Notes under the pieces: generated by a model
Told to the model about the DNA's origin: nothing
What the model saw: only the letters and a program-made list of their open reading frames with translations
Database searches by the model: none
Assembly (NCBI RefSeq): GCF_006345805.1
Contig: NC_043008.1
Location: forward strand, 65,658,001 to 65,722,000
DNA length: 64,000 nt
Reading direction: 5' to 3'
From: Octopus sinensis
Lineage: Eukaryota
In this document: piece by piece, positions 51,385 through 64,000 of the stretch
How the letters are laid out: the number at the start of each line of letters is the position of its first letter
How positions within the stretch are numbered: position 1 is the first letter of the stretch
Made by a program: the position numbers and the translations under genes

Positions 51385-54300
51385 CGTGTGTTTGTCTGTT
51401 TGTGTAGCGGCAGTTTGGTGAAGACAGAAATACATGGGCAAGGATCTTTAGCAAAACAGTTTACGCTTTAAAGAACGTGCAATGCTCATAGTCAGGAGCT
51501 CTTAACCTGATGGAATTGACGTAATATAGGCCGTGAAATCAAGAACGAGTGGATCAAGAACGCCTCTATGGAGGTGGTATGACACTAGTCACTTCCAAGG
51601 AGTACGAGACACTGCATTTTGTGAGACATACTAAAGTGAACACACTTAGGACTTAATCTTGATGTGAGCTAGCAAGTAACTGCGATGATTTAGAGTCCTT
51701 GACACCGATATTTATGCTCAGATGTACAACAGCATTATCGTCAACAGTTTTCTGTTGTTGTTCTCAACTATGGTTCGTATAGAGTAAGCTATAAGCTAAA
51801 ATATTCTCTCTTCCTAAACAGTAAGACAGTTTGGTAGGAATACAGATTTTGCTTTAAAGCGAGATTGTTTGGAAAGAGTTTCAACAATCATTTGTACAGA
51901 TTTGAGGAATTTATTTAAATGCTCTTCATGCCTACGTGTTTTTCGTGCAGTACAAGATTGTTTCTCTTGTATTTTATCTTTGTGCTTTCGGAGAAAATAA
52001 TAAAGATATGCCAATACTAGAGAATTTTCCGATATCTTTGTCTCTATGGGATATGGTCAGGTTTTGCATGACATGTCTCGGTTTTCAATATATGACACGT
52101 ATTAACAAATATTTTTATACTACGATTCATTCCAATTGACCCCTGTTCTCTCACAGAAAGACAATATGTGTTAGGGGACGAAATAATAATATGCACAACG
52201 CAATTACTCCACAAAAATATAAACCTAAAGTTTCAAGGTTTCTTATAAAGAATACTTTTGATAAATTATTGCATAATTTCTAAATGTCAAGCTTAGCACG
52301 TGATATTTTTTCCTTCTACACTAAACCTCAAATGATTACTCTTTTCACAAACATTAACATTTTTCATGTGTAAAAACTTCCTGTTGTTTTATTGCTGTTT
52401 TTATATTTTAAAGTATGCTAGTTAGAAAATTTTGCTCTTAATAATTCCACAATTTCCAGTGTCCTGAGAGCTTTTCTGCATCAAATATTCATGTTAATTT
52501 ATATATTGTTTTAATTCCTTACTGAAATGGAATGAACAGCAGGCATGTGCTGCCTTCCACATTGGTAGTTACAAGCTAAAATTGCAAATGTCATTTTCTG
52601 CTTCAAATGATTTTTATTCTTCAGGGAGAACACAATATTTAAAAAAGTTCGAAATAGGTCTTCAGGTCAACAGTTTTAAGAAAACTTACTTTTACGTGTA
52701 TGATGACCTTTAGAGTTTCGGTGAACACGTAAATATAGAAACACAAGAAAACAATTTATTTTAGATTTGGATTTGTTTTCAAAAGTAAGAAAATGTTATC
52801 TTTTTCAATCTTTTTCACAGCCTACATCTTTATTCTAGAAAAAAAACCATAATAACTTGATTCTATGTTTCAATGATTCACATTTGTATCACGTTTCTCC
52901 TTTTAATAGATATACACACACATATATATAGATACAGATATATTGATGTCGGTGCGTGTGTATCTATACATATGCACACACACATACATAACTATATATG
53001 TGTGTGTGAGCATGTACACACACACACACATATATATGTATAAATGTATGTGTGTATATATATATATGTATATATATTTATTTATATATACATATATATG
53101 TACATATACATACATATATATATAAATATATATAGTTTCAAAATTGAGATAAATTTATAACTTTCCTTTTTAGCCTAAAATAAAACAAAGTTATGCAAGG
53201 ATGACTTATATGTTACGTTATGTTTGCTTTTTTAATAATTTTTTCTCTCACTTTACAATTCGTATTACCTTTAAGTGACATTTAAGATGTTGCCCAATAA
53301 AAATGACATATTGGTTTTTAAAATGTGAAACTCATATAAACCAGTTTGGCTCTCAAATGTTATATGAAGTAGAGCTGTAACATCTCTTGGGTTTGCATGA
53401 TGCAATTGTACAACTATATTGCAAAAGAAAATTAGAACCATATTAGAAATTTAATGATTTTTATTCTTAGAAAATGAGCCATTCTTGGAATTTAATATAT
53501 TCAACACTGTCGAAATCAATGAAACAAACTCACATTTATAAATAAAGTGAACAGAGAGCAGTAGATGTAAGAATCGAATTAGTTTTATCATTCTATCATA
53601 CAATTCTGCTGAAATATATCACATTTGCTTTCCATCCTTTCGACGATGATAAATTACTGTTTAATTACTAGAGTCAGTTTGAGTTTATCCTTTTGCAAAA
53701 TTGTTTAGCCTTGTGCCCGTGTTAAAAACAGATTTTTGTCCTCATGAAAATGAATGCTTGAGATCGGAATAAATCTATATTAATCAAATATATAAGTAGA
53801 AAGTTAACAGTTTTTGGTTTGTGTCTCTGTCTTTGTGTGGATTTTGGTGGCTGAGTTTCAAGAATTGTACGATAAAGTGTATTTACTTGGTTTTAAAGGG
53901 TAGACATATCGTTTGAGCCTGTTATGGCATGAAATGTACTGAAACGCTTGTTGCTAATATAACTCTGTATGAGAAAGCACCGAGCTGGCAGAATCGATAC
54001 CGGGCTGGTTCAGTGGTATTTCGTCCGTCTTTACACTCTTAGTTCAAATTTCGCTGATGGTGACTTTGTATTTCTTCTTTACGAAATCAAAGTAACCACT
54101 CCCCTGTAATGGCTGGCCTTGTGTCAAAATTTGAACTCTATATTACTTTGTATGAGGAGCTATTCTCAGTTTTATAGTTTATATTGATTACTAGTGTCTC
54201 TCGGTTTTCCACTTTTTTAATGTTCATTATTTTATCTTTTGTTATTTAAGTTGATAGTTGCCTTATTCTGAGACTTATAATGCTTGAGTGCTTCGTTTGT

Positions 54301-54419
54301 GTTGATGTATTGATGGGAAAGATACTATTGTGTTGCTATTTATGTTTATAAAACGATTTTTGCTTTTCGTTATCGATATGTACAGGTGTTGATATAATAA
54401 TTGTTAATCAGCCTTAGAC

Positions 54420-55070
54420 GCGAAAAGTTGTCTGAGGTAGTAGCTAGGTAGGTGGATCACGTGTGGAACGAGTCGGTTTATCAGTCAAGTCTATCGTCAA
54501 TATCGTCACGCCTCCTTCCTTCAAACGGGAAGGAAGAGCTATTTTCATCATACTTGTGGCTATGGCGAAAGAATATATCTGGTGGACACGTCTGAAAGGA
54601 TTAGAAACAAACACTTTCTTCTCTGGTCAATCTCTCATTAACTTCTTCAAGTGTCACTTGAAAAGGAAAGTGAGAGTAGAGAGGCAAGTTTTGTCTAGCG
54701 AACGTTTCAAAAAATTGGGTGAATGTAGCAAGGATGGCACGTAGGATTGACGAAGTCACTTTGAGCATAGTCCTATGAACCGGGAAAAATTTAAAACAGA
54801 GAGTTACTTACTTGCAAATAAATGTGTTAACATGTGACATTATTAACCGAGGTTACCGTGGTCTTTTCCGTAGGCTTTTCTTTCCACGGATAAACCTTAT
54901 CTGCTTCCCCCTTTACACTTTACATCATGATATCGTTTTTTGTTTCCTTTTTACGATCACTTTTGATCGAATACCTACCCCACTTTTTTTTCTCTCCAAA
55001 AAGAAAGGCTCTACTTTGTAATCTGTCCCATCTGTGTTCAGCCCTGTGTGGCTAGTAAAGAAACATATAT
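54420..55070 (+). mobile_element. L1/Tx1 LINE 3' end (ORF2 C-terminus and 3' UTR)
   Basis: SIVNIVTPPSFKREGRAIFIILVAMAKEYIWWTRLKG..LINFFKCHLKRKVRVER, followed by a T-rich UTR homologous to 40790-40990. Confidence 0.7.
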
Positions 55071-56349
55071 CTGAAAAGACTAGTTTTGTGGAGTATACGC
55101 AAGTCTTGGTGCGAATTGTTTAAGATGGAAAGGCAGTTAAATTGCGATGGATTTATGTTAATTCTTTTGATATCTTCATTATTTGAAAATTAGATATTGA
55201 GTACAATACAGTTTAGTTAAGAAGGGTGCTTGTGAATGCATTTACCCTTTAGCATTCAGATTACTGCCATGCGTAATGCTTCTTTATTCACCTTGTTTTC
55301 AGTCATTCATTCATTATCTTATAGGTTTGATATCTTGATGATGTAATTGTTTATTTTTAGAATGATATTGTAGTGTGAGAGACTGGATCTAGTCTGTTTA
55401 AACATAAAACAGGTAGAATATTGGAGCCAGCGTGTGTATGTGTGTATGTGTGTCTGAGCACACATGTTCGTTCATGTGTGTCTATGTGTGTGTGGGCGTG
55501 CACGTGCGTGCCCATGTACAGATGCGCACGCTCGCATCCATATAGACAAGCACGCAAAACCATAACTGTGCATCTACACACCCACATATACAACCATATA
55601 CTTGCACATACTGCTCCTTGCTACTTCCCCTCCAACAATCTGACCGATTTCCTGTTCACCATGCAGTATTTTCTAACTAATTGTTACCGATATACCAACA
55701 TCAAACTACGACACCACGCAACTTTCGTCGACCAATCGCAGCTCGCCTTACAGTAATAACAATCAACGTCTGTCATTTAAATTCAAGATGGCTGAAGCAT
55801 CATGCTTGAAACTCAAGAGTACCAACGAATTTGAATCTAACTGTTTTGATTGTATATAAAGAAAAAGTTGTCAGTGACGTCAAGATCCCTGTTTGTTTGC
55901 CATCGTCAGACTATAATAATAAATTAACCGCTACTCTACTAAAACTATTGAGTACTCCATTAGTTTAATGTTAAACTGATTTTAATTTATAACTTCAGAT
56001 AAAAACAAACAATTATATAGCTTTGAGAAACCTCTCGAGGACGTTTTGGGATGATCATCAGTGATGTTTCTTGGATCTCAGGCATGTCTGCGACTTTCAA
56101 TATTAGACACCCTCATCCAGTTTACCCAGCCGGGGTCAATGGGTCGATAAGTAAGTACCAGCACTAGTTACGTACTAAACTTGATACAGATTTATTATCA
56201 TTCCACAAAAATACTTTCAACCTTCGCCCAATGCTATAAAATCAATATCAAGTTTCAATACTGAAGATTGATCAAAAGTTGAGATGGGACGGTGTGAAAT
56301 ATTCATCAATAAAAATGTATATGTAATCAATACACAATCAGGAGCGTAT

Positions 56350-56535
56350 AGGCGTAGTAGTGGCTGTGTGGTAAGTAGCTTGTTTACCAGCCACATGGTT
56401 CCGGGTTCAGTCCCACTGCGTGGCACTTTGGGCAAGTGTCTTCTACTATAGCCTCGGGCCGACCAAAGCCTTGTGAGTGGATTTGGTAGACGGAAACTGA
56501 AAGAAGACCGTCGTATATATGTATGTGTATATATA

Positions 56536-56570
<35 letters not shown>

Positions 56571-56790
56571 CGTGTGTGTTTGTGTGTCTGTGTTTGTCCC
56601 CCTAGCATTGCTTGACAACCGATGCTGGTGTATTTATGTCCCCGTTACTTAGCGGTTCAGCAAAAGAGACCGATAGAATAAGTACTGGGCTTACAAAGAA
56701 TATGTCCTGGGGTCGAGTTGCTCGACTAAAAGCGGTGCTCCAAGATGGCCGCAGTCAAATGACTGAAACAAGTAAAAGAGTAAAAGAGTA
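56350..56790 (+). mobile_element. SINE family A, full length
   Basis: Head ggcgtagtagtggctgtgtggtaagtagcttg..gggttcagtccc, CORE-like ttgggcaagtg motif, internal (TA)n/(TG)n, tail gcggtgctccaagatggccgcagtcaaatgactgaaacaagtaaaagag. Confidence 0.92.
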
Positions 56791-59644
56791 AGCAGATAAC
56801 TAATCAAAGGATCAATTGTTCAAATCTTAGCATTGGATTTTCTTGTTGTGGTTGCTGTTTAGCTCCGTGATCAGCTCACACTGTACAAGTATTAATCAAT
56901 GATATTCATGCAATGAGGATCCTACCTTTGTCACCTTAACTTTTTACAGCGTCTCAGTATATTTTTATTTCGTAGGACGGTAGACTATGATTTGAGAGAG
57001 GCTCTATCTGAACCCTGATTGTGCTATGATTATAATCAAACCACTTAAGTTTCACTGACATTACTAGGTTTAAGTAAGTATAGTATGGCCAAATAGTTAA
57101 GTTTATTTTTCAACCACTAGATACTGGGTGTGACCCCACCGTGTGGTATATCAAACAAATATCAATTTCTGTAACCTCATGTTGACCAATACTATGTAAG
57201 AAAAACTGGGTAAACTATAGATCCTTGTCACTCACTGTATCACACTGATTCTCCCCGAGAATATAGTTTAAGAGCAAACGTGTCTGTGGAATGCTTAGCC
57301 AATTACGTTTTAATTCAGGAGCAGATAATTTAGTTTACTGAACAACTGAACAACTGAACAACTGAATCCTCATCGTCGACGTAGACGAAGATCCATGATC
57401 ATCGCGAAATGATGGAAATGACCATAGCTGCAAGCATCGGCAGAATTGAAAAAGTTCATAAATGGTTTGTTTTATCAGCATTTTCGTTGCTTTCTCCAGT
57501 GGACATAAACTATAATAGAAAGCAGCACTGACAACGAATAACTATTTTCATTTCTAATTTATTCCCACTCCAATTGCTCAAAAGTCAGTGTCTTTTATAT
57601 TCAAGCATAACTAATATTTTCAACATTTACCATTAATCTAGAATGCTTTTATCTTAATCAAAATGATGGTAAAATGAAATAGAAATATTGTAAATGTCCT
57701 TTAAACCGACTGGCATCACAGCTAATTTACAGTCTGTGAGAATACAGCGAAATCCCGTTGAGAGATTTTATAATTTTGATCAAGCAGCAAGGGGTTCTAT
57801 ACGGCAGATAATTTAATAGATTCTGAAATGGTATGTCAGTTCGCCATTACTTTAGTTGATGTATGACAATTATTATTCTTTGTTCAGACTTCACTATTTG
57901 TGACATCTACCACAACCTTAAAATAGCAGCAGCAAATGCAGCTAACGTCCTTTCAATATTTTCGCTCTGTTTTTATTATCTTGGAGAGCAAAAGTGGAAG
58001 CCTTTCCAGTTACGTGTATGAAACTGTCAACATTAATAAATCTAAAAATTAAGAATTTCGCTGAATATAAACATTGATTTCGAGTCGGGGAAGAATAATA
58101 GAAACTTAACTTGCTTCTGGAAACTTTCCATAAACTTTCTGCTGGGCATATTGTAGAACAAAATCACTATTAATATTAAACAAGAAACATGGTCAAAGTT
58201 CACTCAACAACCGTTTCGCATAAGCTAAAGCGAACATCTTTCAGGTTATTTGAATAGCAATATTGAAAGAAATGGATTTCCAAGTACCACTTATTTGATC
58301 GAGCTAAAGGTTACAATACTGAACTGGAATGCCGTAGGATTTCGAATTATAAAGCTTTTAATTGGAAGAGGATTTCAGCTCCATAAAACAGCAATAAATC
58401 TTTCTGGTTGGATTAGTAACAACTGTATTGCGTTGCTGCTTGGATGCTAAGTGGTATTGGAGTCATTCGTTTCGAAAGCAAATTCTGCAATAGGATTTCA
58501 GTTCTTGATTCAGACTAATATATTTGAATTCTATGAGGCAGCGAGGTAGTTTCTATACATTACCGATTAACCTGCTAGAAATAGCAGTCGTATCTTGCTC
58601 AATCAATGGAATAATAAAAACCTAGGAGTGCCCAAGGAAAAATTGGTCACCTTTAGGATGATTTATGATAATAAAATTCCACCCATTTATTTAAATGATA
58701 TTTTATGTTATCAACCACTGAGGAATGAATGACCTGAGCAGAACTTGTACGCAGGGCACAAAAATCGTAACTAAATCGTAACCACAAGGTATTTTTAAAA
58801 CAAACCACTTCCAAAATTGATTACGATGATCCCAGTTCTTGTTTGGTACTACTACATCTAAATATCTACAATGTATCACATGCTAGATTGGATACTATAT
58901 TAAGATATGAATAATAAACCACTGGGACTCTGTGTGATTAAAATATAGTACCGTATCCCACTTTCACCAAATGGATTTTGTGATACAGTATTTGGTAAAA
59001 GATGGTATGGTACTGAAGAAGGTTCACAATACTATATTGACCGAAAGAGGAAGCAAATATTTTCTTCTCTTTTTATCTGCATTTTTTTATGATAAAAGGA
59101 GCTTACCACAAATTCTGTCTTCGCGAAGATTTTGTTATTTTAGACATTCTTTCTTCGTGAAGATTTTGTTGCCTGCATGTTAATGACGCTTAACATATAT
59201 CATTGTAATCTAATTTGTTTGTTGGTATAGTATTTTAGTGTCACCAGAGAGAGAGGGGGGAGAGAGTGAGAGAGACAGAGAGACAGTGATTAGCATTTGG
59301 TTATTACTGCCTTACAAAAGAATTGATAACAAGTAATCAAACATTTGTCACAAGAGTCTTGCAATAGTAAAATGGTATTTCAATAACGCCAATTATTTCA
59401 TGTGTAAAAAACAACATAACATTTTCTTAACCCAATTTAATGCTACAGCAGGATTAAGACTTCGTCGTAATCACACTGTACTACTAGATCGGAAAATAGA
59501 TATTTTTGTAACTTTAACTAGATGTAGTTTTAAACCAAATCTGAAGGTCTCTGATCCAAAATACCCTCTACTGTTAATGTGGACAAAACTGGGAAGACGA
59601 AATATTGTACGGAACTGAACCATACAGGATTGTGTGTTTTAACT

Positions 59645-59758
<114 letters not shown>

Positions 59759-59828
59759 TTTCATTATCTCTAAAGCAAAATTACTTTCTGATATCAGTCA
59801 ATATGGACAAAATCATCCATAAAATTTA

Positions 59829-60152
59829 AGTGACACTCCGTCTGTTACGACGACGAGTTTTCCAGATGATCTGATCAACAGAACTGCTTGGCCATGAAAT
59901 TAGCGTGTAAGTGGCTGAGCACTCTACGGATACACGTGCATTTAACATAGTTCACAAAGAGATTCAGCCTGACACCAAATGTGGCAAGGATGGCCCTTTG
60001 AATTACAGTTACAACTTAATTTTGCCAGCTGAGTGAGGTGAAGCAACGGAGGAGAAAGTGTCTTTATCAAGGTCATAACGCACCGCCAAGAATTGAACTC
60101 TCGACCTTACGCTGGCAAGCCGAATACCCTATCCACTAAGCCACGCTCCTTC
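59829..60152 (-). mobile_element. SINE family B-related copy
   Basis: Reverse complement has tRNA-like head ggagcgtggcttagtggatagggt..gagttcaattc and tail cgtcgtaacagacggagtg matching 48190-48215. Confidence 0.75.
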
Positions 60153-60582
60153 ACTATCGAAAGTATTACAGACCGCGTAACTAATTATCTATCCAAATTA
60201 GGTTAAGCTATGAAGATAAATTATGTCAAGAGATTGAATTATTTTTTGTTAAATAATAAATATCTCAGAAAGTATCTTCTTTTATCACTTATGTATTATG
60301 TATTGACTGTATATAATTTAAATCATCAAGTTTTCACTAATATTTTTATTTAGCTTAAGTGCTAATAAAACAACAAAAAATAATATCTAAATAACTTCAA
60401 TGACTTTCGCAATTTGCTTACTTGCAGCTCTTATTGACTCCTGACTTATTGAATCGTTAATATTTGATGTATGCCAATCAAATTGAGGTGAATGAGATAG
60501 TCATAACTAAAATTGTATAAGGAAAGAGTTTAATGTCTAAAATATAAATAACAGAAAAATATATATTTTTAAAATATAGAAC

Positions 60583-61073
60583 AGGCGCAAGAGTGGCTGT
60601 TTGGTAATTAGCTTGCTTACCAGCCACATGGTTCTGGGTTCAGTCCCACTGCGTGACACCTTGGGCAAGTGTCTTCTACTTTAGCCTCGGGCCGACCAAA
60701 GCCTTGTGAGCGGACTTGGTAAACGGAAACTGAAAGAAGCCCGTCATATATATATATATATTATATATATTATATAATTAATCAATATAGGGTGGCAAAA
60801 AATTTTGTAGAATTTTTTGGCCACCAGCGGCCTAGTGGGAAAAAATTAAATAGTCATAGACCATTTTTAAGTTCAACATCAACAATCAAGGAACGGCCAT
60901 AATAGGCCATTCACCCACTAGAAATAACAGCCAAGCTTCAACCGCAAATAAAAATCAATTCCGTAAATTTTTAATTTTCTCCTGTTTACGGAATTGATTT
61001 TTATTTGCGGTTGAAGCTTTGGCTGTTATTTCTAGTGGATGAATGGCCTATTATGGCCGTTCCTTGATTGTTG

Positions 61074-61125
<52 letters not shown>

Positions 61126-61330
61126 ATGTTTGTGTGTGTGTCGCAGCATCGCTTGACAACCGATGCTAGTGTGTTTACGTGACCATAAATTAGCGGTTCG
61201 GCAAAGAGACCGATAGAATAAGTACCAGGCTTACAAAGAATAAGTCCTGGGGTAGATTTGCTAGACGGTGCTCGAGCATGGTCACAGTCAAAATGACTGA
61301 AACGAGTAAAAGAATAGACGAATAAAAGAA
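60583..61330 (+). mobile_element. SINE family A interrupted within its internal (TA)n by an approximately 300-bp insert
   Basis: Head at 60583-60745, foreign insert at about 60780-61075, tail at 61130-61330. Confidence 0.85.
60878..61075. repeat. Near-perfect long inverted repeat (90/91-bp arms, 17-nt spacer)
   Basis: 60878-60967 is the reverse complement of 60985-61075 with one substitution and one 1-nt indel. Confidence 0.95.
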
Positions 61331-61980
61331 CAGAATTCGTAAGGAATGAATGATTGTAGCATGGCTATGCTTCTCCTACACACTCTAAAAATATATCTTT
61401 TTACTTTTGAATAGTCCCAATTTTTCGGTATTCTTAACTCTTTGAAAACGTTCATAACAAAATATTTTCAAGTGAATTGCATTTTTATTATTAAATTCCA
61501 TTAAAAGTTTATATCTGAAAAATAGAGAATAGGATTTGAATAAAAAGCTCAAATCCGACACTTAACCCAGCAAAAACCTATCTTTTCAAACTTTACACAG
61601 TCTGTTATTTTATTTATTTGTTTTATACATTGCTAAAGTATAATCTTCCTTAAAATAATTTACCAGTGGAGTAGCTAAGCTTATGTGCACTAAACAAGTA
61701 TTTATAATTTATACACTTAGAAATCACCCTCATCGGCTGTCAGAAATCATGAACAAGAAGCGTAAAACTTCAGGAATGCCTAACACTATCAAAGCCACAA
61801 TGAAATAATAATTGGGTTCTTGGAAACTTATCTTGGAAAGTTTTTATTAAATAGTTCAGCTTATTTTTCTCTAGCACCGACTACCTGTGAGTCTGTGTTA
61901 GCAGTAATTAAATATCTCACTTACAGGGAGTCAAATATTACTGCTTTGGATCGTATATCTCTTTCTCTCTCTTCTTCCGC

Positions 61981-62030
<50 letters not shown>

Positions 62031-62198
62031 TGGTAAAAACGTTAAGATAACAAAAGAAAGAAAGAGACCTCAATATTATGTAAATAGAGGAAATTTATCT
62101 GTAAAATAATATGTGACAATTATTCAATTATTCAACACCCAAGATAAAAGATAAAAGTTTTATTAGCTATTGAATAATTGTCACAAATTATTTTACAG

Positions 62199-62263
<65 letters not shown>

Positions 62264-63528
62264 CGAGGGGTACCCACAGGTTACCGGAAACGTTCTCTGT
62301 GGGACACGCTCGTTGTTGTTCAGGCTTTCGCCGCTAGAAACCACTTCATGTGATAGTCAAGCATCAGTAGGCCAACCAGCGTCGTCGTTCGTGGTCGTTC
62401 TGCAATGTGGTGCATCTGTTTTTGTCAGTACTTTTCTGTTCGTCGATTTTTTCGATGGTTGAAAGGAAGGGAGATCGGGCTCCCGTGAAATTCCGTTTTC
62501 TTTTCTGCTGGGGAATACGGCGTCCGAAACAGTTGTCATGCTTCAAACAGATTATAAAGCGCTGACATGAACAAAATACAATTTTACGAGTGGTTTCCAC
62601 GCTTTAGGAATGGTCAGTTGTCACCTGAAAACCAACCTCGTTCAGGGCGACCGTCGATTTCCCGAATGAACGAAAACATCATGAAAATTCAGGAATTTAC
62701 AAACTCGTTGCTATTCTTGATATACGCTGGAGTTCCTACCAACGAATTCTGAGCGAGGAATTACAAATGAAATTACAAATGAAAAGAGTTGCAGCAACAT
62801 TTGTGCGTCACTTTCTCATGGAAGATCAAAAGCAGTCGCGACTAAATGCGTGTCGTGAACTGACGGAACAGTTGGAAGTTGATCCGAATCGATTTTCTAA
62901 TGACATCACCGGTGACAAATGGTGGTGGTACAGCTAAAACCTGCAAACAAAGCAGCAATCGTCAGTGGAAGCATTCAATGTCACCACACTCCCAAAAAGT
63001 GCGTTAAGTCAAGTCCAATATGAAGACAATGTTGATTTGTGTTATTGATGCGAAAGAAATTATCCACACACATATTTTTTCTTCCTGGTTAAACTGTTAA
63101 CCAGATATTCTAGTTGGCAGTTCTGGGAGGTTTGACCAAAAATAACACGACCACGCTTACCCACCCTCTTTATTAACCCGATCATGTTCCCTACAACTTT
63201 TCTTTTTTGTTCCCCCGAATGAAAAAAAGGTCTTAAAGGAAAGCCGTTTGCAGATGTAGAAGATGTGAAGAAAAATACGACGGAGGCGTTAAAAGGAATC
63301 ACTTCACAAGAGTTCTAGGACTGCTTCAAACGCTTCTGCGTCGAGGCATTGCTTCCAGTAGAGAATACTTTGATGACGATAATAGCATAATCAAGTGAAG
63401 AAGTGTGCGCAGGCGCATTGCCGTGATGAAACCACCACTGCCCACTTCGCCACTGCGTCTCTCAAACAGATCAAAAGTGGCGAGGGAATAAAATTAAATT
63501 GCAAAATTCTGGTTTCTTTTGGGTACAC
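62264..63528 (+). mobile_element. Degraded near-full-length mariner element
   Basis: TA|cgaggggtaccc left terminus and tgggtacac right terminus; remnants FYEWFPRFRNG..PRSGRPS, KFVRHFLMEDQKQSR, ITGD.WW and KPFADVEDVKKNTTEALKGI. Confidence 0.85.
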
Positions 63529-63534
63529 GACGGA

Positions 63535-63749
63535 CGAGGGGTGCTGAAAAGTTCCTGGCTTTGGGTGAGCGGAAATACAGAAGAATCAGTTAATTATGTT
63601 TTTATACAACATATTCCCCTTTCAGGTCCATACCCTTATAGCTGCGGTTCTTCAGTTTTTTTAAGTCTTCTAAAAGAACTCGGAAGTTTGAGCCTCCAAC
63701 TAGGCCTCTTGCGAAATCCTTAAAGATAGAAACTTTTCAGCACCCCTCG
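63535..63749. mobile_element. mariner-type MITE (215 bp)
   Basis: Perfect 19-bp TIRs cgaggggtgctgaaaagtt / aacttttcagcacccctcg; the flanking TA dinucleotides are mutated (ga, ca). Confidence 0.85.
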
Positions 63750-63762
63750 CAAATGTACATGA

Positions 63763-63764
<2 letters not shown>

Positions 63765-63846
<82 letters not shown>

Positions 63847-63850
63847 ATTA
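63765..63850. repeat. (TA)n microsatellite
   Basis: Direct reading. Confidence 0.95.
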
Positions 63851-64000
63851 TATTAAGTAGTTGAATGAATTATCTTAGTATGGATAATTCGGTTAACCGA
63901 TACCTGGGTAGCAAATTCACGTCAGAAAAACACGGTTGAAGCTACATGCCAAGGGAAGAGATCACGTGCTTTCGTGTGGAAATTTGTGTATTTTTTTTCG

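Noticed and set aside
57888-58021. Frame DFTICDIYHNLKIAAANAANVLSIFSL resembling GPCR TM3 after a good acceptor
   Set aside because: No DRY-like motif, a stop shortly after, and no other TM segments nearby.

Overview
AT-rich eukaryotic DNA, dense in microsatellites and transposable elements. The repeat families look like those of coleoid cephalopods (Octopus); this is recognition from memory, not a database search. No host protein-coding gene can be called with confidence. Nearly all ORFs in the supplied track are translations of microsatellites or antisense shadows of TEs. The window is mostly intron-like or intergenic. It holds three tRNA-derived SINE families (here A, B, C) and LINE remnants (RTE, CR1-like, L1/Tx1, R4/Dong-like). 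It also holds a Ty3/Gypsy pol remnant, several mariner/Tc1/pogo/piggyBac elements, a Kolobok-type MITE, a Helitron and a Helentron-like element. I found no convincing new multi-gene system. The best leads are structural: (1) a near-perfect 90-bp-arm palindrome at 60.9-61.1 kb; (2) a 260-bp insert at 12.4 kb apparently stitched from two nearby templates; (3) all eight (TAGA)n arrays lying on one strand; (4) a GC-rich, nearly intact RTE that is a horizontal-transfer candidate; (5) a SINE/LINE shared 3' tail; (6) head-to-tail SINE multimers with a recurrent junction; (7) two weak candidate first coding exons on opposite strands.
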